In this document: piece by piece, positions 47,101 to 59,683 of the stretch
Position numbering within the stretch: position 1 is the stretch's first letter
How the letters are laid out: each line of letters starts with the position of its first letter
Assembly: GCA_037447605.1 (NCBI GenBank)
Contig: CM074810.1
Coordinates: 2,700,880 to 2,764,879, forward strand
Reading direction: 5' to 3'
Length of the DNA: 64,000 bases
Source of the DNA: Zygnema circumcarinatum SAG 698-1b
Lineage: Eukaryota; Plantae; Zygnematophyceae
The notes under the pieces: generated by a model
Databases searched by the model: none
Seen by the model: the letters and a program-made list of their open reading frames with translations, nothing else
Told to the model about the DNA's origin: nothing
Made by a program: the position numbers and the translations under genes

Positions 47101-48391
47101 CTAGATAAAGAAAAAAACCTCAGTTTCAAGAGACAGCAGGTTTTTACTCATATCTGAAAAGTTACTATAGATGGAAATAAACCATGGAAAGGAGCGTAAA
47201 CCCAATGAATCCTTGCCTGACTACTGCTTCCAGGCGATGCGCCGCCTCCACCTCCTCCTCCTCCTCCTCCTGCTCCCCCAGATTTCTCTTTACTTTTGCT
47301 CCCATTGTTGCGAGGGAGGCCTGGGGAGGCCGGGAGAGCTACGCCTGCAAGAAGAAGGTCTCGCAGACTCTTCTCTTTAGCTCCAAAAACTTTTCGGTCT
47401 TCCCATATAGTGACCTGCAGGGGGAAGAAGGAAGAACCAGTCTTCCCAGCTCATATTACGGCACGTTGCGAGGAAGTGAATAGGTTCAGAAAGAGAAACT
47501 AGTGAGCTGCGTGTATGTAATGGACTGAGGAAAGACCAAGACGACAGAACTATACGAGTTACAATCTCATCACCAAGGAAAGAGTCAAAATGCCAGCATG
47601 CATGCATCCATCCCTGCATACATGGATGGATGGGTGGATGCATGGATGCAGGGATGCAGGGATGCGTGGATGTGACTCATTTATTCCAATGCTTCTGTGC
47701 AGCCAGAAAGCAGCTGAGAAAACGTAAGCACATAGAACTTCCAGAAAGAGGCCTAATAACAATTTACAAACCATTATGAAAAACAAAAAGAAAAAAAGCA
47801 AACTGACAGAACTGATAACCTATCTGACTGACCAGTCTAGTCACAGTCGCACGTGCGGAGTCATCCCCGTGCTCCGTCAAGTCTTGGAGCGCGCCAGGAA
47901 GTGCTTTCCAGAACTCGTTCACGAACTCAGCGCCCTTCCTGCGACTGTTCTGCAAAATGTCGTTCGCCAAGTACAGGAAGGGCACTTTGCGGCTCGGCTG
48001 CGCCGCCTTGAAGTCCTTCTCCCAACGCTGCACCACTTGGGCCGCCCGCTTGCGGTGGAATATGCACCAGTGGGAGAGAGCTGCCAAACAAAAGGATAAA
48101 AAGAATCAAATAAAGTAAGAAAAAAAATAGATAAAACGTGTGTCTGACAGCTTTGGATGCAAGGGAAGATTCAAGGCAGTACAAACTTGTTCTAGGTTCA
48201 GTTTGTAAAGGAAAAAGAGGTGCAATCGGTGTGGTTTCGTCTGGCAAAATGAGATAAAAGTGAGATAAAACCATCGATTTAGAGTGTCGGGTTTGAAGGC
48301 AAATTGGTTCCTCACTTTCTATGCTCTGCTGAGAGCTGTTCAGCTTCGCTAATTTCTCAGCCAATATCTGGTCTGTGAACGCGCCGTTCAT
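44160..48391 (-). CDS. RPRD1: RPRD1/CID (RNA polymerase II CTD-interacting) domain protein with CREPT-like coiled coil and Pro-rich tail
   Basis: Exons 48391-48316, 48080-47833, 47414-47217, 46722-46542, 46106-45958, 45446-45411, 45149-44160. Motifs KLAKLNSSQQSIETLSHWCIFHR, FLYLANDILQNSRRKG and IWEDRKVFG. Confidence 0.9.
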
Positions 48392-49023
48392 GGCGCCACT
48401 TCTTCTTCTTCCAAGCGACGATTTTGAAGCAAGAAAACCAGTTTTAGGGTTTCGTCGCGACTCACTTCATTCAATTTCAGTTCAGCCCTAATAATGTCAA
48501 TACAGCACAGAACTGTGCCGGTCTGCAGATTAGGCTATCAGTCAGATTCCAAATCTAAAACGCATTCAGCAGTTCAATGCCCTCCAAACAGCGACTACAA
48601 ATCTGCACTTCCCTTTCAACACCTCCTCGCCTCGACCTTTCTTCAAACTGTTCAGTTACAAAATACAATCTTCTCTCCTAAATACATGCAGGACACAAAA
48701 GAGAAAAAAAATTCTCCTTCTCCTCAGATATACTATATCTATCTTTGCTCAAATATCTGCTCATTTTTTGCTTGGTTCTAAGAAAGGAAGCTGCCTGACC
48801 ACCCTCCGCTGCACACCTCACTACTGAACTTCAACGGCAGGGAAAAAGGGTTCAGACCGTACGTATCGCAAATATCTGAATATCGTAAACGATATACTGC
48901 AATAATGCTGATTTTATTGATCCGAAATATCCTGCAAGGATCGTATCGAGAAATAATTTCATATTATCACGATACGGTATACCAATCCATTCGCTGGTTC
49001 GTCCAAATTCTTCAATTCATGCT

Positions 49024-49130
49024 ATTGGTTCGTACTGTTCCTTTCAATTCATCCGATTGGTTCGTACAGTTTTTCTAATTTATCCGATTGGTTCGTACTT
49101 TTTTTTCTAATTCATCCGATTGGTTCGTAC
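49024..49130 (-). promoter_or_regulatory. Four tandem CCAAT+GTAC units spaced 31-32 bp upstream of RPRD1
   Basis: ATTGGTTCGTAC at 49024, 49056, 49087 and 49119; degenerate copy near 48993. Confidence 0.55.
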
Positions 49131-49878
49131 TACAGCGTGGCTTCGCGTCGACCAATCAGGGCCTCTCCAAATCGAGCAAAAAAAAAAAAATTGAAGTCCG
49201 AGCCAATGGGCATTTGTCACGTGTACAAATGTCTGCACGGGGCAAATGCCCATTGGGCAGATGGTCACAATGGCGCGGGGGCCCCTCCGTCTCATGCAGA
49301 CATCGTCGGTCCGTTTCCTTCAAAAAAGGGGCTGAGTAGATGCTTCGCTTTGACTCGTCCCAAAGCAAAATCCCTTTTTACTAAAATTTAATAGAGTAGG
49401 CTACTGAAAAAAGCATCTGGGGATTTTTCAAACCATTTTTTATCGACTATTCCTCAAACTAATTTAAAAAATAAATTTGAATTGGAACATTGATATGCTA
49501 AATACAACGTTCAACTTCGTCGGTCAGCATCTGAATAATTGGAATCTACCTAATTCTACCTTCTGACTCCGCTACTTCTACGGAAATCCGGCCTCTACTG
49601 CGGCATCTTGATTTTGAACAATAAGAACTCAAAATCCAAAGTTCGAAATGTTCAACTCAAGATGACTCCCGGCCCTTCTTTCCCGAGTAAAACTAAATAT
49701 CTAAACCTAAATTTCTAAAACTAAAATGAATAATTAAAAACTCCCATCCTGTCTGCATTCTGGCCCTGCTCCAGTTCCTGCTTCCCAGCATTCAGCCTCG
49801 CCCAAAGCTTTCAACTTCGATGATGTTTGCCTCCTTCAACTTCATGCTTGAGATTGGCTGAATGTACGGAATAAGCTT

Positions 49879-50275
49879 CTACACTAAAGGACCTTTAGTC
49901 GCCGTCGAGGGTGCCTCTAACCGCAAGTAGTCGTACATAGCGTTGACATTGAAATTAGAAGCACGTGCTTGAGTGAGGTATATAGAGTTCCACCCAACCT
50001 GTGGAAACGGGAGCAGGCAAAGGGGTGAGCCCTTCCCTATCTTCCTCCTCCGTCCCTTTGCCTCTCGCCTCCCCCCTTCCACTCCCTGCCTCGCTCTCAC
50101 TCTCTTTCTCCGCCTCCCGCTCTCCCCCCCCCTCTCTCGTATGCCTTTTATCTCTACCTCTCAATTCCTCGCTCCCACTCTCTCCCTCTCCTCCCTCTCA
50201 CTCTCTTTCTCCGCCTCCCGCTCTCCCCCCCTTCTCTCTCTCGTATGCCCTTTATCTCTATCTCTCACTTTCTCG

Positions 50276-50319
<44 letters not shown>

Positions 50320-52115
50320 CCTCCGTTTCTCTTTCTATCCTCCTTTCCCTCAACTCTCGCCCTCCCTGTCCACCATTCTCTGTTCCCACCCCCGTCTCTC
50401 CCCCTCCCGCTCTTCCCTACCTCTCTCCTCCTCTCTCGCCTCTCTCTCTCTCTCTCCCCCTCCCTCTCTCCCTCAACAACATCACCCATTCAAAAGGACC
50501 TACAATTATGACAAACCACAGTCTTCCCCGCGACTGCTAACCAACGTCAAGGTTGCATGAATACGAAAAAGAAAGAATCCCCACTCACGAAATCGATCCT
50601 ATTCAAGACGACATTCAACTTGTTGTCATTGTTGTTCAACAAGAACAAGTTGTTGTTCAACAAGAACAAGTTGTTGTTCAACAAGAACAAGTTGTTGTTC
50701 AACAAGAACAAGTTGTTGTTCAACAAGAACAAGTTGTTGTTGGTGGGTACCTTGAAGAAGGACCAGTCTAGAAAGGTGGTGTACGCCTGGTACACGCCGT
50801 GGTCGCTAGCGCGCGCCATTGCGTTGTCGTATGCGCCGACACTTTGAACCTCGCTGGTCGAAAAGCGAGGGTTCTGCGCCAAACTGTTCACTCTCACTTG
50901 CAGGGAGGACTGCGTCACTGCCGCGAGGGCCATCCGGAATGAGTAACTCCCTCGAGTCACCTTCAAAAAAAAACAAAAGAAAAAAAAACATAAAAGCAAA
51001 AAAACATGTAAAAACAAGTAAGAAAAAGGAAAACAAAAAAGTAAACATAAAAACAAGTAAACATGTTGATGATAGGAGGCCGAATAGGACAGTTCTGAAG
51101 GAGGAAAAAGACCTCTTTTTGCGGTAAAGTCTACCATTATTTGTGATGGTTACATTACATAGATATGAATGGCAGTTACTTTTGTAAGGGCGAAGTCAAT
51201 CCTCCAAGTTGTTTTCGATAGTTTTCCGTTCGGTGCTGTCCGAGGAGGGTGCACAAAGTACCAGTCCTTCGCCCATGAACTTTTCCCCACAGTGTACACA
51301 AGGTCGGTCGGATAGTCGGCAGCGTAATTGTTCCAGCTGCCGTAATTGCGCATTCTGAGGGAACTCACATTCTGAACATGCAGCAGGTTGTTTTTAGAGA
51401 GCAAGTGAATCTGATTAGAAAGCTCAAGAACAGAGGAAGAAATAGTAGCTTCTTGGGCTTTGACGATTGTTTCAGCAAGGGGTCATGTAGAGTGAAAGAA
51501 GAGGAGAAGAGAAGAGAAGAGAGAAGAGAAGAGAAGAGAGAAGAAGAGAAAGAGGAGGGAAGGAGCTAGAAAGGGGGAGGGGTGGGGAAGGGTGGGGGGG
51601 GGGGGGAGAGGCAAACTTCTCCTTTACGTTGAAATTGACACGCCAAATTCAGGAACTTTCCCCAGTTAAAGGCCGCCGTGGGGTTATGAAGAAAATTTGT
51701 GTGCCCCAATGTCAACACTTAAGACTTTTTTCACATTTTTTTTTTTTCATTATCATTCTTGAACGTTTATTAGAGTACATGAAAGCATTCAGCAGGCAGC
51801 AGGCTGGTTCAAGTGTTTGGACGATAGGTTGAGGTAAGGAGATCGAACCTGAGGAAAAGGGAACTGAGAGTTTGGAGTGAGCTGTGGGCAGTAAAACTCA
51901 GCTGCCGATCTATTCAAGTGCAAGAATCAAATGAACGAAACTGTCAGAGGAAAAAAGGTGCGGGAAAACATTGAGACATACGGAAAGCTACTTTTGATAC
52001 AAAGGGTGGCGTCAATGGAATGGTAAAGAGTGGGCAAGGGAGGACGGGGTAGAGCGATGAGCTATGGGGGGGGAGGGAGGGGGGTGGTGCAAAGAAGAAA
52101 GAGAGAGAGAGAGGT

Positions 52116-52183
<68 letters not shown>

Positions 52184-55100
52184 GAAGAACGAGAGAGAGG
52201 TAGAAGAAAGAGAGAGAGAGAGAGAGGGGGAGAGAAAGGGAGAGGGGACGAGCGTCGAACCTATCGGGAATTCCGATCTCCCATAATGTTGGTCCAAACT
52301 GTTGAGGAGTCCAGGAGATGTCTCCCAAAGCGACGGTTTTTGAAGCAGAAATTGCAATAGACCTGTTATAAACGTAATCTCCCAATACTCCCGGAATGAA
52401 TCCGTACAGATTGTACGTTCCGGGCTGAAATCAAGCATCATAAAGGACAGAGAAAACTCAGAAAAGAGGGTGATCGGCTCCTATAAGTTTCAGTAAAATT
52501 GGGTCAGCCTTAGCGTTATGATCTTGTCTGAAATTTATCATTGTTTTTTATGCTTCATTATGTACAGCCTTGCCTTCTGCTCTATGATAAGGGTAAGGAA
52601 AAATTAGAGCCATTGAGTTGAAACAAAATTCTTTCTTAATTTGGTTCTTTACAATGCTTAGTATTGTTCGGGCTGAAGTTTGGCATTAAGACTTCTGCTT
52701 TTCAGTTTCGTACCCATGAAGCTCCAATGAGTGGCATTGGTTAACTTTAAAAACCCTAACAACCCAAAAAACCCTCAAACTTCGACCTTTAGAATTTGAC
52801 ACGACCCTCAAGACCGCCATGCATTCTTACCACAATGTTCGGAATTTTGAAGTTTCCTTGAGCGTCCGACTTCGTCCAGAACTGCATCCCCCCAATTCCT
52901 CTCCCACGCACTAACTTCACAAAAGTTTCAACCTCCTCCACCAAAACTCCCTCTCAACATTTCCAATTCCCCACCCCAAAACCACAACCAACCCACCAAC
53001 CCATCTCAATACTTCCCAACAACCCACAAAAAAAAACCCTAAACCCTCCACCGTGAAGCGACCCCCACCCCCCCCCCCCCCCCCCCACCGACCACCCCCA
53101 AAACCCATTCCCGGCCAACCGAGCCTCGGAGGGTTCAGGGCCGGACCTGGTACCCGGCGACCTCCTGCGCCCACGACCCCGCGGGGCCCGGCGCGGCCAA
53201 TCCCAGCCAGCCACGTGGCAGTACGGGCGGTACGGCCTGGACGGCCAGGCGGCCCGTGAGCGTCCCGCGGGCGGCCGCGGGCGCGTACTGCGGCGCGGAG
53301 GCGAGGGCGTACGGCCACAAGGAGGACTCCGACAAGGCGCGCCGAGAGGCGTCGGCCCACAGACCGGAGGAGGCCGCCTGGGGGGAGGGAGGGGGAGAGG
53401 GGGGAGGGNNNNNNNNNNGGAGGAGGGAGGAGGGAGGAGGGAGGGGGGTGAGCAAGGACGTGTGCTCTGTCTTTCCCTCTCTCTCCCTCTCTGGGGCTGT
53501 CTTTCTCTCTCTCCCTATCTCTCTCTCTCCCTCTCTCTCCTCTCCTCTCCTCTCCCTCCCCCACTCACTCCTCGCCTTCTCCCGCTATCTCTCGCCACCT
53601 CTCTATATTTCTTTCGTTATCTCTCCCCTCTCTCTCTCGCGCTATCTCTCGCTCCCTTATTCTCTCTCTCTCTCGTCATCTCTCTACCTCTCGCTCTCCC
53701 TCTCTCGCTATCTGTCGTTCCCTCACTCTCTCCCTCTATCTGTCACTCTCACCATCCTCCCTCCCAAAAGTTGAAACGACATTTGCATGTTTCATAATAC
53801 AAGCACACGAACTTACAGGAACATTACGATTCAACGCTTGATTGAAGTAGACCATGAAAGGGCCGTACACTTTCTGCCAATTCTTTGTGAGGTTCACGGG
53901 AGCCGTCCCATAGTGTCCTCCATGGAGCATTTGGAGGAGAATGGGGCCCGTCTGTATGGTCAACTCCTGCTTGGTGGGACCCCCCCCGAGATACTCCGTT
54001 TTCTGGGGAGAAATAATCCACATTCCGATTGCGTTCGTTGTGTTCGCTATCCACCCACGAACAAGATCATCTTTCGTATCCTACAAAATGCAAAAAGAAA
54101 TGGGATATAAGATGCATTGGTGCTGCTTCAAGGGGTTAATTTCATATGATTGACCTCATTTCGCTTACCTGTCAACGTTCAGATTGCACAATATTGGTTG
54201 CAATTCCGAAGCTGAAACCTATCTATCGTCTTCGAACTGATTTTTCAGTGGAAAAGTTGGGACGAATAGCTTACTAGCGAATAGTGATATTTATCATCGA
54301 CTGAACCCGTAAACATGGAACGCTCAGGACGAGTAAGAAGACGAGCTTCCGCGAATTGAAGGTCTCTGCTTCGTGCACTCGTCCGGTCAGCCATGGATGG
54401 CATTTCGCGCTGAAAGAGGCATCACCATCATCAAATCATCATCACCATACGCTCTTCCCATCATTTCTTTCCCCAGTTCGTTTGCAAGGAATCTATCTGA
54501 ATTCTGTCTGTCTGTTTTTAATTTTTTCTTCTTTCGTCATGAATGATTAAAACAGTTGAAGATCGGAGGGGAAAGGAGAGGGAAAGGGAGGAGAGGAGAG
54601 GGGAGGAGAGGGGAGGGGAGGAGAGGGGAGGGGAGGAGAGGGGAGGGGAGGAGAAGGGAGGAGAGGGGAGGGGAGGAGANNNNNNNNNNGGAGGAGAGGG
54701 GAGGGGAGGAGAGGGGAGAGGAGGAGAGGGGAGGGGAGCGGAGGGGAGGTGGAGGGGGAGGGGGCGTCTGCTGCAACTGTTCGGGATAAAAAGGAGCAGT
54801 TGGAAGAATCCTATAGCCCTTCGTGATGTCAAATCTTTGAATGCTAAGTAATTTCAGGAGATTATTTCTGGACAGACATGCGTGAGCTCAACAGCGCCGT
54901 CGCCATAGAGGGAGAGAGAGCGAACCTGTTTGGTGTCAGAAATGGCGACATAAGTGAAGATGCGCGGGTTGAGCTTGAAGACAAGGCGGAGTTGAACAAG
55001 GCGGGTGGGGGGCATGCTGCAATGGACAAAAGAACATGGAATTCAGTCGAGGAACCCTAAAAAACCTAAAAACCCTGAAAACCCTGAAAACCCTAAAAAC

Positions 55101-56146
55101 TCTAAAAACACTACAAATCCTAAAACAAACCAAGGACATTCGTTAGTCGTTAGTAAGATAGAGATATATCAGGCAGCACTGATGAATAATCATTCGAGAC
55201 AGATGGTTTTTCATACCTAATGCTGTGTGCAGTGACCATGTAAAAATAGAAGCCTGATTCTCCCGACTTTAGGACGAGCCGCACATCAAAGTCAAGAGGA
55301 GGGCCGCCAGGTCTATAGGGTCGGAGGAAAGCTAATTCCAAAGTTCCCTAACGGGAAAAAAAAAACACCACATGTAAGCAAAAGGAGCACGATGACTTGG
55401 CTAGTTCTGTTTCAAAGTCAAAGTCAAAAGTCAACGTCAAAGTCAAAAGTCAAAGTCAAAGTCGAAAGTCAAAGTCAAAGTCAAAGTCAAAGTTTTTTTA
55501 ACTTACTTTGTCATTTGGATTGGAGATCCGCCGCATGGAGGTGAATTCGAGATCGGTCCTCCCAGAGACGCCATCTGTCTCATAGTTGACATCCCAGTAG
55601 CCGCGGTTGTACCACGACCCTGAGGTCGGGTACTCCATTGCCTTCATTTCAAAAACCAGAAAGCGCTCAGGGCGCCTCTCTCTTGCATGTATTATTGTGC
55701 TCGACAATCTTTGGGCCTAGAGTGAACCATTCAATACTGCAAACGTTTCGAATTTTTCCATCTGAATGATTAAGAAGGGGGGAAGGGAGGAAGGGAGGGA
55801 GGGAGGGAGGGAGGGAGGGAGGGAGGGAGGGAGGGAGAACGNNNNNNNNNNGGAGGGAGGGAGGGAGGGAGGGGGGGAGGGAGGGATCCAGAAAACATAA
55901 GTATTTTATTGATAAGAAAGGGAGAAATTTTACCTGCACTTTGCTGTTTCCTACGACAGTGTTGCTGCCTGAAACCTGCATGTACAAATCCGAACCTGCC
56001 ACCTGTCCTGGGACACTTTGAAGCTGGCGACCCTCGCTGTCGGCAAACGCTCTATTTGAGGACGACAAGAAAATGGCAGCGAAAAAGAGAGGAGCGCGTA
56101 TGAATCTAAGAAGCTGAAAAGCACCGGACGCTATCACAGGCTTCAT
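49879..56146 (-). CDS. Rhamnogalacturonan-I lyase (polysaccharide lyase family 4) with N-terminal signal peptide
   Basis: Exons include 56146-55934, ~55640-55506, 55347-55217, 55016-54926, 54409-54275, 54080-53817, 53377-53147, 52881-52831, 52424-52261, 51909-51849, 51371-51180, 50960-50751, 49998-49879. Motifs NRGYWDVNY, VDDKYHYS, GGPTKQELT, PTLWEIGIPDRSAAEF, DLVYTVGKSSWAKDWYF and MYDYLRLEAP. The exon-2 boundary is unresolved near an N gap. Confidence 0.9.
50629..50733. repeat. 21-bp tandem repeat TTGTTGTTCAACAAGAACAAG x5 (intronic)
   Basis: Five perfect copies next to the donor at 50750. Confidence 0.95.
55416..55490 (-). repeat. (TTTGAC)n hexamer array containing ten TTGACT (W-box) matches, intronic
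   Basis: AGTCAA at 55416, 55422, 55429, 55441, 55448, 55454, 55467, 55473, 55479 and 55485. Confidence 0.85.
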
Positions 56147-57943
56147 CCTGCAGGGCAAAAAAAAAACTGATTTATCGATTCTTTTGGGGGAATTATATCT
56201 TAGATTCCTTCACCCGCAATGTGCTTGAAATCGATAAGATCGCCAAAGCTTAAAATATATACAATGGAGATTTTCTATTTTGAGCACGAATTCTATACAG
56301 ATAACTGCACTCTTTTGCGAAAGCTAGTTGACATTGGAAACGTATGTCTCTCTCCTTTCCACTCCCTGTCTCACCCCCTACCACTTTCCCTCTCCCTCTC
56401 CCTCTCTCTCTCTCCTCCCTCTCCTCTAATTCTATCTGCCTCAATCGTCTCGCATCGTACTCAGCCGTCGAAGGGCCCACTCTCACCGCCCCGTTCCCTT
56501 GAGCCCTTCGCCGCTCCGACGAGGCCGCCCGCTGCAAGGCGATGCATGGCCGATTGAGGCCGGCAAACGTGGATGCTCCGTCCGTACATCTGGCCGTTCG
56601 TAGAGTACGTCATCATAGGCTACATGGCGCAGAATTTGCAAACTTTCTTACGTCATCAGACCAGGGCATCAAACTTGCGAACAAAAAAGGAAGGAAACGC
56701 GCGGTTCGTCCTTGGGCGGTTTGTTCGAGTTTTCCAGTATTCGGGCTCTTTGTTGGGTAGAAAAACCCGGTTTCCGAAATTTTTACGGGTTGGCAAACCT
56801 TCAAACCTGCTACATGCAGCTTCCCGTCCCGTTGGTCGTTGAACAGGGGAACGTTGGTGATGACGTGGTTCATCCGTACGTGGCCCATAGAAACGTATCA
56901 AATAGAATCTCAGATACAATCGACAGGATCTTTAATTCGATAGAATCTGAGATTGTGCCAACTTTTAAAAAAATCTAAAGCGAACCAATCAGAGGATAGA
57001 TATTACTGGCGTAGATATTGCCACGTCAGAAAATGATAGTACAGAATCTTTGTACGCATCCCTTAGCTGTGCGGATAGCGGGGTTTTCTGTCGCGTAGCG
57101 ACCTGGAATCTCAAGATCTGTGGCTTTGCGAGCTCCACGTGATCAATCGTACGGTTGAGGGCCATTGTACCTTTCCATATCCACTCGGCGCACAGCCCTT
57201 TTGTTACAGAAGAACGTTTCGGGCACATCCGGGCGGTTTGCAATAGTCGCACATGGCCTCCAGTTGGTCATATTCTGGCTAATCTGACTGACTAGATTTT
57301 GCGGCTCTTCTGACTAAACCAAAAAACCGACCGGGAAAAACAATCCGTCAGTGCTCGTCTGCACTTCGATGCCGACCGCAGGATTTCCCCCCGCGATAGG
57401 TACTGCTTTCCTGCACCCTCCCTCCCTCCCTCCCTCCCTCCCTCCCTGGCCTTCTCCCTCTCTCAGTGCCCTCCCTTCCTCTATTCCCTCACTCCCTCCC
57501 TCCCTCCCTCCCTCCCTCCCATTCCCCTCCCCCCCATTTCCTTCTCCCCACCTCCCTCTTTTTCTCCTCACATCCCTTTTGCCCCCCCCCCTTTCCCCAC
57601 CCCCCCTCCCCCCCATATCCTTCTCCCCACCTCCCTCTTTTTCTCCCCACATCCCTTTTGCCCCCCCTCTTTCCCCACCCCCCCTTCCCTCCCATTTCCT
57701 TTTTCCCTCCTCCTCCTTTTCTCTCCACCGCCCTTTCCCTCCCATTTCCCACCACCCCTCCACCCCGTTTCATTCTCCGCANNNNNNNNNNCCCTCCTCC
57801 TTGAGGGCGCGCTCCGAGAAGATGCTTTAGAAAACGGGCAGCACGGTCAGCGCCTTTACGGGCTTGAATTCTGCATGATTGCTTGGCAGCAGGATAAATT
57901 GATCGTTTACGCGTGGCTTGTCCTTGCATAGGTCGAAAGGTTC

Positions 57944-59683
57944 ATGGAGGAGTTGAAGGCGGAGAAGGCACGTTCTATATCCGAGAAAAGTCAAGTAGAA
58001 CTTCTTGCTGCCAAAGAGACAAAAGTGGACGAGGAGCTTATCTGCCCCATATGTCGCCGCACTATGAAGGACCCTGTCATGGTGAATTCCGGCCGTACGT
58101 ATGACAGAAAATGCATTCAAGTTTGGCTGAAAAGAGGTAATCGAATTGACCCCGTAACCAAAGAAATCCTTCAAGCCGACCCTACGACCGGGAATGTTCG
58201 TCTTGTCGACAATATCTGTGTTCGTAAGCTCATAGATCGGTTAGGGGACCAAGACCGGTCCTTCAGCTTCGCGACTAACGAGAGTTCCGTTCCACAGAAC
58301 TACGTTGAACTGAACACAAGTAAAGGGAGTTCTGAGAGTTTGGGAAGTTGGGATCTGGGGAATTTGGAGGGAGTGGAAAGTGGGGATCCTCTGAATTCAG
58401 GAAAAGTGGAAAGTCGGGATCGACGGAATTCAGGGAGACTGGAAAGTGGGGATCAGCGGAATTCAGGGAGACTGGAAAGTGGGGATCAGCGGAATTCAGG
58501 GAGACTGGAAAGTGGGGATCAGCGGAATTCAGGGAGACTGGAAAGTGGGGATCAATCGAATTCAGGGAGATTGGAAAGTGGGGATCAGCGGAATTCAGGG
58601 AGATTGGAAAGTGGGGATCAGGGAAATTCTGCATATCATTTGGGGGTACAATGTGAGGATGGGATACATAGGTTAGCACCGGATTTGGAGCAGGCGGTAA
58701 CTCAGTATAGGGAAGCGGCGAATCAGGGGGATGTGGGAGCTCAGTTCCGTTTGGGTCTGTGTTACGAGGACGGAAGGGGAGTCCCCAAGGACATGGAACG
58801 GGCAGTTCAGCTTTATAGGTGCGCTGCAGCGGAGGGTTGTGTGGAGGCTCAGTATAAATTGGCATTATGTTACAAAACAGGAAATGCGGTACCGGAAAAA
58901 GACTTAAAGAAGGCTGTGGAAATGCTGAAAGTGGCAGCAGATAAAGGTTTCCAAGATGCTCAATATGAGCTGGCATCCTGCTACAAGAATGAAATAGGAG
59001 GCAGAAGGAACAATAAACTGGCCATGGAACTGTACAAGAAAGCAGCGGCATTGGGGCATGTAGACGCCATGTATCAGTTAGGAAAGTGTTATGAAGCAAC
59101 TGGCATATATAGTGACATGAAACATTCTCTTGAAATGTATAAAGAGGCAGCTGCTTTGGGCCATTCCGGTGCTCTTTGCAATTTGGGACTGCTCTTTCTG
59201 AACGGAACTCGAGTAACCCAAGACCTACAACGCGCCATGGAACTGTTCGAGGATGCGGCGAATCGCGGACATGGAGAAGCGCTGTTTCAGTTGAGCGTAG
59301 CGTACGCAAACGGAAATGAAGTCATAGAAAAGGACATGCCACGGGCCGTAGAACTGCTTCAGAAAGCGGCAGAGCGAGGTCATGCTATTGCTGAAAATAA
59401 ATTAGGGATGTGTTACTACTCTGGAAACGAGGTGCCTTTAAACGAGGAGAGGGCGTTTCAGTTGTTTGAATCCGCGGGAGTTCGAGGGTTCAAGGACGCT
59501 CAGTACAATATGGGAGTCTGCTATATGTATGGAAAGGGAGTAACAAAAGATAGGGAATTGGCATTAGAGCTTTGGAAGAAGGCAGCGGACCAAGGACACG
59601 TGGATGCGAAGTCTGCTTTGGCTTTGATCCGAGGCATTACAAAAAAGGAAGTTCCGGTAAGAAAGATGTTATTCAATTGGTGA
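57944..59683 (+). CDS. U-box + Sel1-like-repeat protein (putative single-subunit E3 ligase), 579-aa uninterrupted ORF
   Basis: U-box ELICPICRRTMKDPVMVNSGRTYDRKCIQVWLKRGNRIDPVT. Nine SLR repeats (e.g. AQFRLGLCYEDGRGVPKDMERAVQLYRCAAAEG). In-frame TAG at 57929 upstream. Confidence 0.92.
   Translation: MEELKAEKARSISEKSQVELLAAKETKVDEELICPICRRTMKDPVMVNSGRTYDRKCIQVWLKRGNRIDPVTKEILQADPTTGNVRLVDNICVRKLIDRLGDQDRSFSFATNESSVPQNYVELNTSKGSSESLGSWDLGNLEGVESGDPLNSGKVESRDRRNSGRLESGDQRNSGRLESGDQRNSGRLESGDQRNSGRLESGDQSNSGRLESGDQRNSGRLESGDQGNSAYHLGVQCEDGIHRLAPDLEQAVTQYREAANQGDVGAQFRLGLCYEDGRGVPKDMERAVQLYRCAAAEGCVEAQYKLALCYKTGNAVPEKDLKKAVEMLKVAADKGFQDAQYELASCYKNEIGGRRNNKLAMELYKKAAALGHVDAMYQLGKCYEATGIYSDMKHSLEMYKEAAALGHSGALCNLGLLFLNGTRVTQDLQRAMELFEDAANRGHGEALFQLSVAYANGNEVIEKDMPRAVELLQKAAERGHAIAENKLGMCYYSGNEVPLNEERAFQLFESAGVRGFKDAQYNMGVCYMYGKGVTKDRELALELWKKAADQGHVDAKSALALIRGITKKEVPVRKMLFNW
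58395..58627 (+). repeat. 33-bp coding tandem repeat encoding SGRLESGDQxN (6 near-perfect + 1 degenerate)
   Basis: TTCAGGGAGA(C/T)TGGAAAGTGGGGATCAGCGGAA units between the U-box and SLR domains. Confidence 0.93.

Noticed and set aside
50553-50847. QEQVVV / NNNLFLL repeat ORFs
   Set aside because: Translation of the intronic 21-bp repeat.
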